DNA of 64,000 bases from the NCBI RefSeq assembly GCF_009914755.1, contig NC_060936.1. One strand, written 5' to 3'. Source of the stretch: the human T2T-CHM13v2.0 reference genome, Homo sapiens. The notes beneath the pieces were generated by a model, which was given only the letters and a program-made list of their open reading frames with translations, did not search any database and was not told the DNA's origin. Position 1 is the first letter of the stretch; each line of letters opens with the position of its first letter. The position numbers and the translations under genes were made by a program. Below, piece by piece: positions 63,951-64,000 of this stretch.

Positions 63951-64000
63951 TTGTATTTACAAGAGATGCCATGTATGCAGAATTGTAACCCAAGAATACA

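Overview
Alu-rich primate (almost certainly human) genomic DNA holding the 3' part of TMCC3 (transmembrane and coiled-coil domain family 3; from recall chr12q22) on the minus strand. Three coding exons splice in frame with canonical GT-AG ends: 13316..12400, 9307..9172 and 2513..2211. The 3' UTR runs off the left edge and contains the MIR7844 hairpin. Everything right of 13317 is a very long intron, and the major first exon is not in the window. That intron holds a candidate alternative first exon near 46.7-46.85 kb, an antisense LSM3 processed pseudogene, a MER11 solo LTR nested in an Alu, and many Alu, MIR, L1, L2, MaLR and DNA-transposon remnants. Almost all other ORFs in the track are repeat-derived or chance. 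I found no evidence of a new multi-gene system. The most unusual structures are: (1) an Alu flanked by a ~417-bp duplication with the topology of a giant target-site duplication, where one copy's A-tail has become a ~200-nt GAA/GGAAGA tract; (2) two near-perfect pre-miRNA-sized intronic hairpins; (3) splice-logic oddities, namely a donor regenerated at the exon2/3 junction, a stop-free 1053-nt exon2-3 circle, a frame-preserving cryptic exon, an AG|GTAAG site, and an intronic poly(A) signal behind a hydrophobic read-through tail. Exon numbers assume one upstream first exon. Repeat boundaries and subfamilies are by eye and approximate.
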